Part shown: one piece after another, positions 53,130 through 64,000 of the stretch
Layout of the letters: every line of letters begins with the position of its first letter
Numbering within the stretch: the stretch's first letter is position 1
Translations under genes and position numbers: made by a program
Source of the DNA: the human T2T-CHM13v2.0 reference genome, Homo sapiens
Direction: 5' to 3' (one strand)
NCBI RefSeq assembly: GCF_009914755.1
Contig: NC_060938.1
DNA length: 64,000 bases
Notes under the pieces: generated by a model
Database searches by the model: none
The model's input: only the letters and a program-made list of their open reading frames with translations
What the model was told of the DNA's origin: nothing

Positions 53130-53444
53130 GGCCAGGTGTGGTGGCTCATGCCTGTAATCTCAGCACTTTGGGAGGCCAAGGTGGGTGGATCACTTTAGCC
53201 CAGGAGTTTTGAGATCGGCCTGGGCAGCATGGAGAAACCCCATCTCTATAAGAAATACAAAAACTAGCTGGGCTTGGCAGTGCATGCCTATAGTCCCAGT
53301 TACTGTGGAGGCTGAGGTGGGAAGATGGCTTGAGCCTGGGACACTGAGGTTTCTGTGAGCTGAGATGGAGCCACCGCACTCCAGTCTGGACAATAGAGCC
53401 AGACCTTGTCATAAACAAAGAAATAAACAAACAAACAAAAAAAA
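53130..53444 (+). mobile_element. Alu (AluJ-like) nested in a MIR
   Basis: Full dimer. Near-TSD agtacctatttt / agtacttatttt. MIR halves lie on both sides (~52990-53550). Confidence 0.95.
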
Positions 53445-55879
53445 GTACTTATTTTTCATATGAACTAGTGTGAGAACTAAATGAAATACATATTTAGCAT
53501 AGGGCTAATAATGCAGTATGTGCTCAATGTACTCTGTATCATTAGTAATAACTGATTCATTCAGCTCACTTATTACAGAACATGTGCCAGACACTGTCTA
53601 TATTTGTCTGCTTCACAAATTAAAAACCTTCATATTAACCCAATCTTTTCCTTCCTTCCCTTCTTCTGATCTGCTCCTCCTACATTCATTGTGTCAATTA
53701 ATGGCTCTTCTGTTCACCTACTCTTCTACTCTCAATTGACCTGACTCTTAACCTCTCCAACATATCCCACACCAAAATGCTCATGGAATCCAGGACATTC
53801 TCTCTCAGCAAGGTTTCTTTACTTAGCCCTCCACATTATTTCTAGCCCCTATGGTACTTTAAGTTCTATTTCAGTCTTACTGGACAAAGATAGTAGCCTG
53901 GATGTTGTTCCTGCCACTAGTCTCTAAGTCCTCTAGTACCTGATCATGCCACTTTCTCATTTCTATGCTTTGCTGCTCACCCATAATACAACACAACCAA
54001 GAAGGCCTTTCTTAATCTAGTTCCAGGCTATTCGCTTGCCACCTCTGCAGGACCCCCAACCTTTATCTACTGCTTCACTGTTTCTTGACAGATTATAGAA
54101 AATCCTTAAAGTTTTATCAGTTTCTTACTATGTAGAACATACAACAAATGAATTTGAAAAAAAATCCATGTGAATAAAAAGCTTAACAAAGAACATTGCA
54201 TCCAGCTCTGTCCCTAAGGGTGTTCCGACATCAGCAGTAGCACTTTTTTTTTTTTTTCCAGCATCAGTATTGAAATGCAAGCCTCACACTCAGATTTAGG
54301 TGTCTAGCAATATTTTCTGCTAGAAGAAAGCAAAGTTCTTTGGGAAGCAGCAGATTCCAAGCCTTTGGGCAAGGAAAACTCAAATAGGCCTAAAATACCT
54401 TATTATTGCCAGATAGCAAGGATACCTCTAAAGATGACAGGGACAGTGCTAAAATGAAAAAGAAAGCAGTTTAAAGGAGATCACTGGGCAAGATCACTGA
54501 TGTGATATTTAGAACATCAATAGTAACAAAAGTTATCACAATAAAGATAATTACAGTAATTGTATATGACTTCGTGGAAGCCATAATTTCTTAATGATAA
54601 AACAAGAGAGTTAACATAAAATGTACAAAAATGAAGTACAAAACAAAATTGATTATAATTGGATGCTTTATTGATTTTAATTAGTAAAAAATATTAAAAT
54701 ATCTGGGTATTTTGTTTAAGTATTTATCTACATACCAATGTATGTATTTGTCTCTATCTGTGTGAGTAGCAATGGGCAAATACAGAAAACTACGAGTAAG
54801 CCAAAGAATTTCAGAAAGAGCAGAAAGTTACAGAAAGGACTAATGAGCATTAATGGTCAAACATATCCACTAGGTAGAAAGAATGACGATGCATTCCAAA
54901 GTAGTGAATGTGTTCTCCTCTTTAGAAATTTGGCTATCTGTTCAGATCAGATTGCATCTCCCAGGGGAAGAAACTTCTAGACAACGTGACAAATTATAAT
55001 TAGATATTAATAAGGTGCCTGTATGTTCACAATAATGCTAATATACAAGAGCGATGCACAAGAATGACATAGAGAATTATGTAATGCTGGCCAAGCAATG
55101 TAAAGGATGCACCATTTTGGGAGAAAACCCGTCAAGTTGAAATCACTGGGCGTATGTGAAGAATATAGGCTTAAACGGTGCTACTGAGGTGAAACATGAG
55201 GTTCCCATGAAGACCCAGTGAGATACTCAGGGACTCAAGTTTGAATCACCTTGGGAGAATAAACCAGGCCCTGTGCCCCCTGTGCCCCCACTAAAAATCA
55301 ACTGATTGCCAACTCAATCCTCTAGACTCAGGAAATATGAAAATAAGCACTTTGATTAAAGTTGAAAGATCTATGAAGAAGAAAATAAATAATGAAGAGA
55401 GAAATTAAACCTATGGTGTTGCTTGTTCATTACAGGTTTAAATATAATATTCCTTTAAGTATTGTAATTATTATTTTTGCATATGTCTTGTCTGTTTAAA
55501 GTATCTAAAGTAGTCAAAATAATCAGTCCTATTAAACTGTGATTGCAGTTTAAATTGTTTAAGAGAACTTCATGAACTGTTTCATAAACAATGTTTATAA
55601 AAGTTTAAGAAAATTTGACTTTTCAAATTATGTTTAGTAGAAATATTTAATAAACTGAGCATGAAACAAAGTGCAAATAAAAGTGTTTCCTTTCCATGCA
55701 TATAATCCCATCAGTGTCCAAGGAATATAATCAGCATCTTTACCCATACATCTCTTTTCTTGCCTCTGAGACTTTGCAGACACTGGTTACTCAACCATTG
55801 ATGTACTTTCCTTCTATAATCACCTAGTAATTCATACTCATCAGATGTCATTCCACCTTTTACATTTCCCTGCTGGTTT

Positions 55880-57140
55880 GTTTATTCATTGAACTATTTT
55901 TTTTTTTTTTGGTTACCTATTATTTGCAATAGGCACAGCAGCAGGCTGGGAACACCGTTGTAGGCAAAATAGACATACTCTCCACACACATTGTCCCCAC
56001 CCCATGACCGGCAAGGGGCCTACGGTCTAGAAACAGGAGGCAGGATGTGTATGGTTAAAAAAATATGTGTAGGGGTGTGTATGTGTAAAAAATACGTTAT
56101 AATAAAAAAACTGAATTGCTGAAACACAATAATTTTCCAGGTTGTTAACAAACACTGTGCTGTGATAGTATATTCAAGGGAAGAGGGACTGACTTAGAAT
56201 CAGTTTGAAAGCCATATCTGAAGACGTAAGCTGTGTGTGATGATAAGCTGGGGAAAAGTCCATGTGCAAAGATTTGAAAGGGGAAAACCCCTTTATGTGT
56301 TCTAGAAAGTGAAAGACCACTGGTGTGGCCATAGAAGGGGGAAAGTGGCTTGAGAAGAGACTAGAGAGCTAAGCAAGAGGCAGATTAGATAGGGGCTTAT
56401 AGACCATGGTAATGAGAGATCTTAAGTGCAAGCAGAAGCCATTGGAGTGTTTTAAAATAGGGGTAATCTGGACCAAGATAATTTTTGGAAATTATTACTC
56501 TGGTGGTAGTTTGGGAATAGGAGAAAGAAAAGAAACAGAATGGTTAAGAAGCTATTGCAGTAATTCAGGTAAGAGATAAAGGTGGCCTGTACTAGGATGA
56601 TGTCAGTGAGATGAGATGTATGGAAAGATTTGAGATACATATTAATGGACTGAATATGAGAGGTGAGGGAAAAGGAAGAATACTGAGTGAATCCCAGGCT
56701 TCTGGTTTGAGCAATTGGGTAGGTAATAGTGGTGCAATTTACAAGATAAAAAAGGCTGTCAGAAAAACAAATTTTCTTGGAGGGTGAACAGATATGAGAA
56801 TCAAGTATTTCATTTAGGATAAGGTTATGTATGCTTAAGTTGTCTATGAGACATCCAAGTGGAGTCAGTAAGTCAAACAGATATTCCTGTAAGAAGCTCT
56901 GCGGAGAAGTCTGGGGATGGAGATAAAATTTCTAAGTCATTAGCATAGAGACAGAATGGGAATGGATCATCTGTAGGGAGCAACACGAAAGAGAGAAGGG
57001 AAGGGGCTTGCAAATCCTATCTTTAAGAATCTTAACATTTAGAGTAAGGTGAAGGTAAAGGAACCTGCTAAGGAAACTGAAAAAGCAAGGTGAATTTGGC
57101 ACAATGGAAGTTAAGTCAGGACAATATATCAAAGAGGCAG
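55880..57140 (-). mobile_element. L2 LINE fragment
   Basis: gaagctattgcagtaattcaggtaagagat...tgagacatccaagtggag, typical of antisense L2. Confidence 0.7.
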
Positions 57141-57154
57141 CTATAAGAGTGTTA

Positions 57155-57450
57155 AGACAATTTAATGGAAAAAAATTGTCTTTTCAACAAATGGTACTGG
57201 GACAACTAACTGCATATCCACAGGCAAAAGAGTGAAGTTGGACCCCTACATTATACCATATACAGCTTTAACTCAAAATAGATCAAAGACCTAAACAGAT
57301 GAGCTAAACTGTAACCTCCTAGAAGAAAGCATAGGTGTAAATCTTCATGACCTTAGTTTAAGCAATAGTTTCTTAGTTATGATACCTAAAGTAAAAGCAA
57401 CAAAAGAATAGATAAACTTCATCAAAATTTAAAAAGAAGTTTGTGCTTCT
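57155..57450 (+). mobile_element. L1M ORF2 fragment
   Basis: gtcttttcaacaaatggtactgggacaact...aactcaaaatagatcaaagacctaaa...aacttcatcaaaatttaaaa. Confidence 0.85.
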
Positions 57451-60202
57451 TCATTTCCTTGGAACTTTGTTTATGTTTCTATTACTACATTCAATACATT
57501 ATATTGTAATTATCATTTTAAGTGTCTTTTTAGCCAGTTAGACAGTTAATTTTACAAATTTCCTTCACTGTGTCTCATCCCCATTTGTATACTTGGTACC
57601 AAGCAGAGTACAGGACCATATATCACATGCATTATATGGCTAGTGCAAGAAAGTAACAAAGTTTTTAAAATAAGAAATAAAAAGGGTGGAAAATAACAGT
57701 GAGTGCTTGCCAAGGAGAAAAAGCTCACCAAGGCTAAATTATTAACACAGGATGGAAAATTGAATGGTTTTGTACTAAGACAATAATATGTTAAGTTGTT
57801 TGAACCTCTAGGAGTAAGGAATGAGGTATGAGGCTTACTATCCTTTACAGCAAGAAAAAGTGAATTTATTGTACTCTTTGATTTAAAAAAATATGTATGC
57901 AACATTTAGGATGTGTCCAGCCCAAATTGGTTCTTAGAGAAGTTTTACCTCAAATTCAAATTCTATCTCAAACCTATTGTCCTGAAGTCATGAGGTTCTC
58001 TGGGAGTGCAGCATGATTTGCTCATGTAAAATAAACTCACACCCCCATTGTTTGAGATTGGAAAGCAACTTAGGGGTCAAGTTCCTCGACAGAAAACTGT
58101 GGTCAAAGGGGCGAATGAAGGATTTGCTCAAGGTCACACCCGAGGTAACAGAGCTGGCCTAGAAGCCACGTTTGCTAAATTAGAGCTCAGTGAGGTTTTC
58201 AACTTACTCTAGGTCTTCAAGCCTTTTACTTGAATATTCTCTAAAATTAAAAAAAATATATGGAAGCTGAGGGTTTTAATTTCCTTAAAACCATCTGTGC
58301 TCATTTTCCCTTTGAAAGCACTACCCTTATCTTTTGGAGAACTTCGCCCCATTGAGCATGTACACATGTGCCAGTTTATGATTTCAATATACAATACTAC
58401 CTAGCTTTGGTTTCATTATCATGAAATCTATAAATTTCAAGTTTGGGTCATTATTGCTTTAGACATTGTCATCAAGGGCAACAGAATTCAGCAGACAGCT
58501 GAACTACAGCTTCTCTTTCTGACTGTCTTGTGCTGGCATCCAGATGAGCTTGAGCATCACTTATTGTTTTAATTTGGTGAATGTGAAATTGAGAACCTCA
58601 CCTCATAGACAGATTGGGTATTTGGTGTGAATGAGCGGATATGCTAACACAAGTCCAATTTCTGTCCAAGCTGATAGTCGTAGGGGAATTTTTACCATCT
58701 CTCTGGTGTCAATTTTGAAATTGATACAAAATCCCAATGGGTATCATGACTATTCATTAGTCATTCTATGGTCTCCATGTATCTTGTTTGGTTACTAATG
58801 AATTCCTGTGACATATTTTACTTCCCAAGAAGGATGCTCTAAAAATTCCTGCCAACTGGTCATTAAAATCCACTACAATTATCATCAATGGAATCAAATT
58901 ACTATCAATTACATAGAGGAGTTAATCCACACTGAATAATTTTAAACAAAAACATTTTCAATTCATATTAACAAGATACAAACCAAAGGAAAGAATGACC
59001 AACCAACTGTATATCTGGTGTCTATTATCAAGGTTCCAAATGCAACCCATTTCCATTTGTACTATTATTAGAAACTACGATTTGCTAAGTGACTACCATG
59101 CGCCAGAAATGATGCTAAATACTTTTCATTCATTATCCTATTAGTCCTAATGGCTACTCTTTAAGATAGATACTGTTACTTCTCTCTTAAAATGATGAAA
59201 CTCAGAAACTCACTTAAAATTACACTGTGTGATAGAAATCTTGATTTGAATTCCAGTCTGGTTGACTCCAAACATCAGTCTTCTCTTTCATATCATGAGA
59301 GTTTCCATGGTTTCTTAGAGGTTCACCCTGTGAGGTGAAATGTGAAAGCACAGGGAGTGGATCTGCATTCACCCCAGCCTCATGACGTTGCAGTTACACC
59401 AAGGATATGAGCATGGCACCTGCACACTCCTTTCCTCTGCCTGATGTCTCCTCCCCTTTCATGAGCTTGGTTACCTAAGCCACAATTCCTCTTGTAGGAA
59501 TCTGGTTCTGTTTCCCTGAGGTGGAAGAGAGGTATTCTACCTATGTTCCCCTAGCACCCTTTGCATTTCTCTAATGGAGCATTTATTATAATGCATCAAA
59601 ATTGTTGGTTGACTTATTTGTACAGCTCATTAAACTAGGAGCTTCTTGATTACAAGAATAATCCCTTCATTTTTTGTTATCTCCAGGCAAAACGTGTACA
59701 AATTAGTAAGTGTACAATAGTGGTATGTTGAATGGCTAGTGAACTGATAAACAATGGAAGATATATTTGGTTTTATAAGGATGTGATGAGGTTACTATTT
59801 ATACCTAAATCCTTATTTTCATTGGCATTCATCTTGGGTTGTGCTATTGTAATCAGCATACAGAAAGGATCAACTTCTGGACATGGCAAATAAAATTGCA
59901 GTTATGCAGCATTTTTTTTAATTTGGGAGGATTTAAAACAAATTCTATCAAAGATATAATTATGTACAAAATATATCAAGTTGCAGATATTTGATTAATA
60001 TGGAAAAAATTGTTTTCAATAAAAACACCACTATTTCCAAAATTGTTATTATGGTCTAGTGTGAAAAAGATGACATACAAAATGAGTAAAAAAACCAAAA
60101 CAGATTTTGGTTCTTCCTGTGTTTATTCCATTTAGAATATAGAGGAAGGCACGATTTTCACACCTCCTCTGTTTAAATACCACTTTGAAAAATGATCCAT
60201 AA

Positions 60203-60505
<303 letters not shown>

Positions 60506-61149
60506 TAAGAGAATAAACTTTTAGTATATTCTGTCTCTGGCCAACTTACAGGTTCAAATTTTAACAGAATCACACCTAAAAGATAAATATTTCTGCCAAT
60601 TTAAAAATATTTAGTGTTCCACTCATTGGGTTTTCAATTATAAATGGCATTATTTGTAGGAAAGATCCTTAGATATTGAGGAATGAAATCCTTGTTGTGG
60701 GAATGATCCTTAGGTATTGAGGAATAAATAGTCCTCACACTTTTAAGGTATGTGACTCTTAAACACCATACAATTCAGAAGCTAATGCTCCTGGGAACTT
60801 ACAAAGTGGAGAGGCCACACAGTGCTGAAGAAACAATGATGATTTGGTTGGGGTGGGAATAATGAGAGGAATTAAGGTACTAGTGATTAGACCATTGTAA
60901 ATATTCTTGAAAAGATGAGGATGGCCCGAACTACGAGAGTCAAGATGGGAATGGAAAAGAAGAGTTTTAAGAGACACTGAGGGAGACCTGTGGGGGAGAA
61001 GGGCTTGGTAGAGATGACTTGTTTGCAGACTATGTATTATGGATTTCTAAAGGGGGAAAGGCAGAGTCTGATGATAAGATCAGATTCAAGTTATCTGATT
61101 TGAGACTGGGAATTTCAAAAAGTGCTTCTCAAGAGTTTTCTTCCATGAT

Positions 61150-61565
61150 ACACATGAAGGGTTTGGCAGAACTAGTGCTAGGTGTTCACAAAGTTGTGTC
61201 TTGTTTTTCCTCCTGAATACATAGAAGGTATATATATTTAAGACCTCCTTACAGTTAGATTGGTCATATGGCCAGTGGGCTCTAAGCAGAGGCAATAAGT
61301 GCTACTTCTGGGCTGAGGTAATAGAAGACCCTGGGCGGCCTTCCAACTTTCTTCTTCCGTGTTTAATTTGAATCTGGAAGGCATGTGTCAAGATGGTGAA
61401 ATGACAAAGATGCAAGCAAACTGGATCCCTGAATCACCACTTAGAAGCTGCTCTAGAGCGGCACTAAACTCACAGATCTTCTTCGAGTGAGAAGTAATGT
61501 TTTATTTGTTAAGCCACTGAGACCCGGAGCCGTGTTTGTTATTGCACCATAATTGAGTGTTTTTT
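61150..61565 (+). mobile_element. Old MLT1-family LTR
   Basis: ctggatccctgaatcaccactt...gttaagccactgaga...gtttgttattgca. Confidence 0.7.
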
Positions 61566-62526
61566 GACCAGTAAAAGAGGTGATATTCTTAATTTCAACA
61601 CATTCTGAGGAGAGTACCCAGATTTAGAAGACACTTTTGAAAATGTTTATTTAACAAAAACAAATCAAGTCAATGACATTGTTTTTGTATATGAGGGTGA
61701 GAGGGGTGGAATTTCATACATGTATCCTAGAAGTATGTAATGAATAAAATTAGCCACTTAAAGATTTTTAGAATATTGTTTAAAAAGCAAAAATAAACAT
61801 AGATCATCTAATTTTTAAAAATGGAATATTATTTTTTAAGAAGTTCTTTCTTCCTCACCTCTGTAAGAACAAAAAAGTAGGTGCTATTAAAAAATAGGTA
61901 GTATCAAGTCTAATTTTGTGGTTTGGAATAAACAAAGTAGACTGTACAGATTAAAATATTAATATAAATATCCTATTTTCTGCTTTGGACTTGTAACCAT
62001 AGCTACGCTTAATAACGATATCCATAGTGCCATTTTCCTTTTCTCTTACCTAAAAGAGGTGTCCATCTTTGTGGATGGAGACACCCATTTTCTACTTCCC
62101 TTCATATTAAAAATGTATCTATGGGTAAACCAAAAGAACAAGAAGTCATTAAGGTAAATGTTGTAGGAAACAAGCATTACTGCACACTGTAGTCACCATG
62201 ACTATTAGGGGGACCAGAAATAGCTGCAGGGAGAAGCAGGGCAGTAGCTCTCACTTCACTCTTTTCACTGCTGCTCAAGACAGCCAGTGGCAACACTAGT
62301 TAATGAGCAATAGCCTTCAGGGTGTGTATGAAATCATACTCACACTTTGGTACTTTACTGATTTTTTAATAAGATGATTGGCAACATGCCTTTAATACTG
62401 GTAATACTTGATTCAGTACAGAAAGAGACTTTGTAAGTGTAAAATATTTTATTTTGGACTCAAGACCTAGTCAAACTACTAAAGATAAATAGCGTTTGAA
62501 AATTTACAACTCAGAAGTGAAAATCA

Positions 62527-62840
62527 GACTGTGCGTGATGGCTCACAACTGTAATCCCAGCACTTTGGGAGGTCGAGGCGAGCGGACCACCTGAGGTTAG
62601 CAGCTCGAGACCAGTCTGGCCAACATGGTGAAAACCCCATCTCTACTAAATATACAAAAATTAGCCGGGTGTGGTGGCGGGTGCCTGTAATCCCAGCTAC
62701 TTGGGAGGCTGAGTCAGGAAGAATTGCTTGAACCCAGGGGGCAGAGGTTTCAGTGAGCTGACATCACACCACTGCACTCTAGCTTGCCAGCTTAGGTGAC
62801 ACAGCAAGACTCCCTCTCAAAAAAAAAAAAAAAAAAAAAA
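62527..62840 (+). mobile_element. Alu (AluSx-like) with perfect 14-bp TSD
   Basis: Full dimer with a pure A-tail. AGAAGTGAAAATCA at 62513-62526 and 62841-62854. Confidence 0.97.
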
Positions 62841-64000
62841 AGAAGTGAAAATCAATAACCAGTCAAAAGGGTAGCTATTAACAGACTAAATTTTCCCTAT
62901 GTTAGTCCTTGTAATAGGAAGAAAGTAGGATAGCAGGATGGATAAAAATCAACAAAAGAAAAAGAAAAATGAATGGAAAAAGAGATTTTTCTTAATTCTT
63001 TAAATCTTCAGTAAAAATCCTGCTTCAAGTAAGATTTTTCATGACTCTAATTAAGCACTTTTACGGCAGGATAGATCTATAATTAAAGCCTTACCTTATA
63101 TGCCTTACTAACTTGCAGCTGCAAGCTAAATGTTTTAACATATCATCAAATTGGCATTAGTTCGACAAAATGTAGTAATCATTTCCTTTTGTGGACTAAA
63201 AGACATCAAGAACATGAATATTTTAATTCATATGTTAGGTGATACAGACATAATTATTAGAGGTTACAGAGTATATATGGCATTGCAATTTTTTCTATTC
63301 CTTTTTTAAGTAATTGAATGCTTTGCTCAAATAGTTTGAATAAATGTAACTTGACACAAATGATCTAAAACAAGGGGTAGAAACAGCAGGGAGGATGAAA
63401 GAAAATAGGACAAATTCCTAAGTTCTGTGGAACATAGGAAAATTTGTATTTTTAAAGATGAAAAGTGGTGTAAGAACTATGCAAACTTAAAGGCCAACCA
63501 GACAACTATTTTCATCAAAGTATTTAAATTATTACTCTTGTTAAGAAGCTAGTAGCATCATCTTTCTTTACTTAAGTTCGGGGGTAGAATCATATCCATT
63601 ATTTGAAATCTGAAATTGCTACCTAACTATATTCTCAAATTGCATAATCACAAGTTAAGCTCTTTCTGTGGACACATTTGTGTATATGCTTTAGTCAAAA
63701 GCAGGAAAAAAAATAGCCAGCAAAATGTTGCTCTGTGGTTTTGGGAGTGATGGGCAGGAGGAACTGTGTTAGCAGGTTGGAACTCTCAGGTCCCAGGACT
63801 TTGGGGCTGAGTACACATAGAACACCTAACATCCCAGTCAAGTTAGAGCTCTGCTACAGGAACTTGTGCTCATTTCGGCAAAGGCTAGGACAGAATTAAT
63901 CTCTGCAAAATTAAAAATTAAGAGTCAATCAATAAATAGGGCATATAATACTACTATTAATTAAAAGGGTCTAAGATACAGCTCTAACACGACAAGCTGT

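Overview
Primate (almost certainly human) genomic DNA. It is AT-rich, has no CpG island, and is dominated by interspersed repeats (L1, Alu, MIR, L2, MaLR/ERVL LTRs, hAT and Tigger DNA transposons). The only supportable protein-coding sequence is the 3' end of STXBP6 (amisyn) on the minus strand. This comprises a 158-nt exon encoding the R-SNARE motif (45249-45406) and a terminal exon encoding LAMKHKC-stop (38921-38944), followed by a ~3.2 kb 3'UTR with several candidate poly(A) signals. Positions above 45406 are intronic, and positions below ~35650 lie downstream of the gene. Nearly all other ORFs in the track are repeat-derived or chance ORFs. I found no convincing new biological system. The most unusual unexplained structures are: (i) a ~55-bp-arm inverted repeat at 1.83-2.0 kb whose loop is a copy of a sequence ~480 bp downstream, which looks like a template-switch product; (ii) two ~120-bp young L1PA tails truncated at almost the same base, in inverted orientation 2.9 kb apart and without visible TSDs; (iii) a ~150-bp tandem duplication and a 24-bp minisatellite; and (iv) a strong, phase-compatible cryptic splice acceptor ~11 kb downstream of the STXBP6 3' end. 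Repeat names were assigned from remembered consensus sequences, so subfamily calls and boundaries are approximate.
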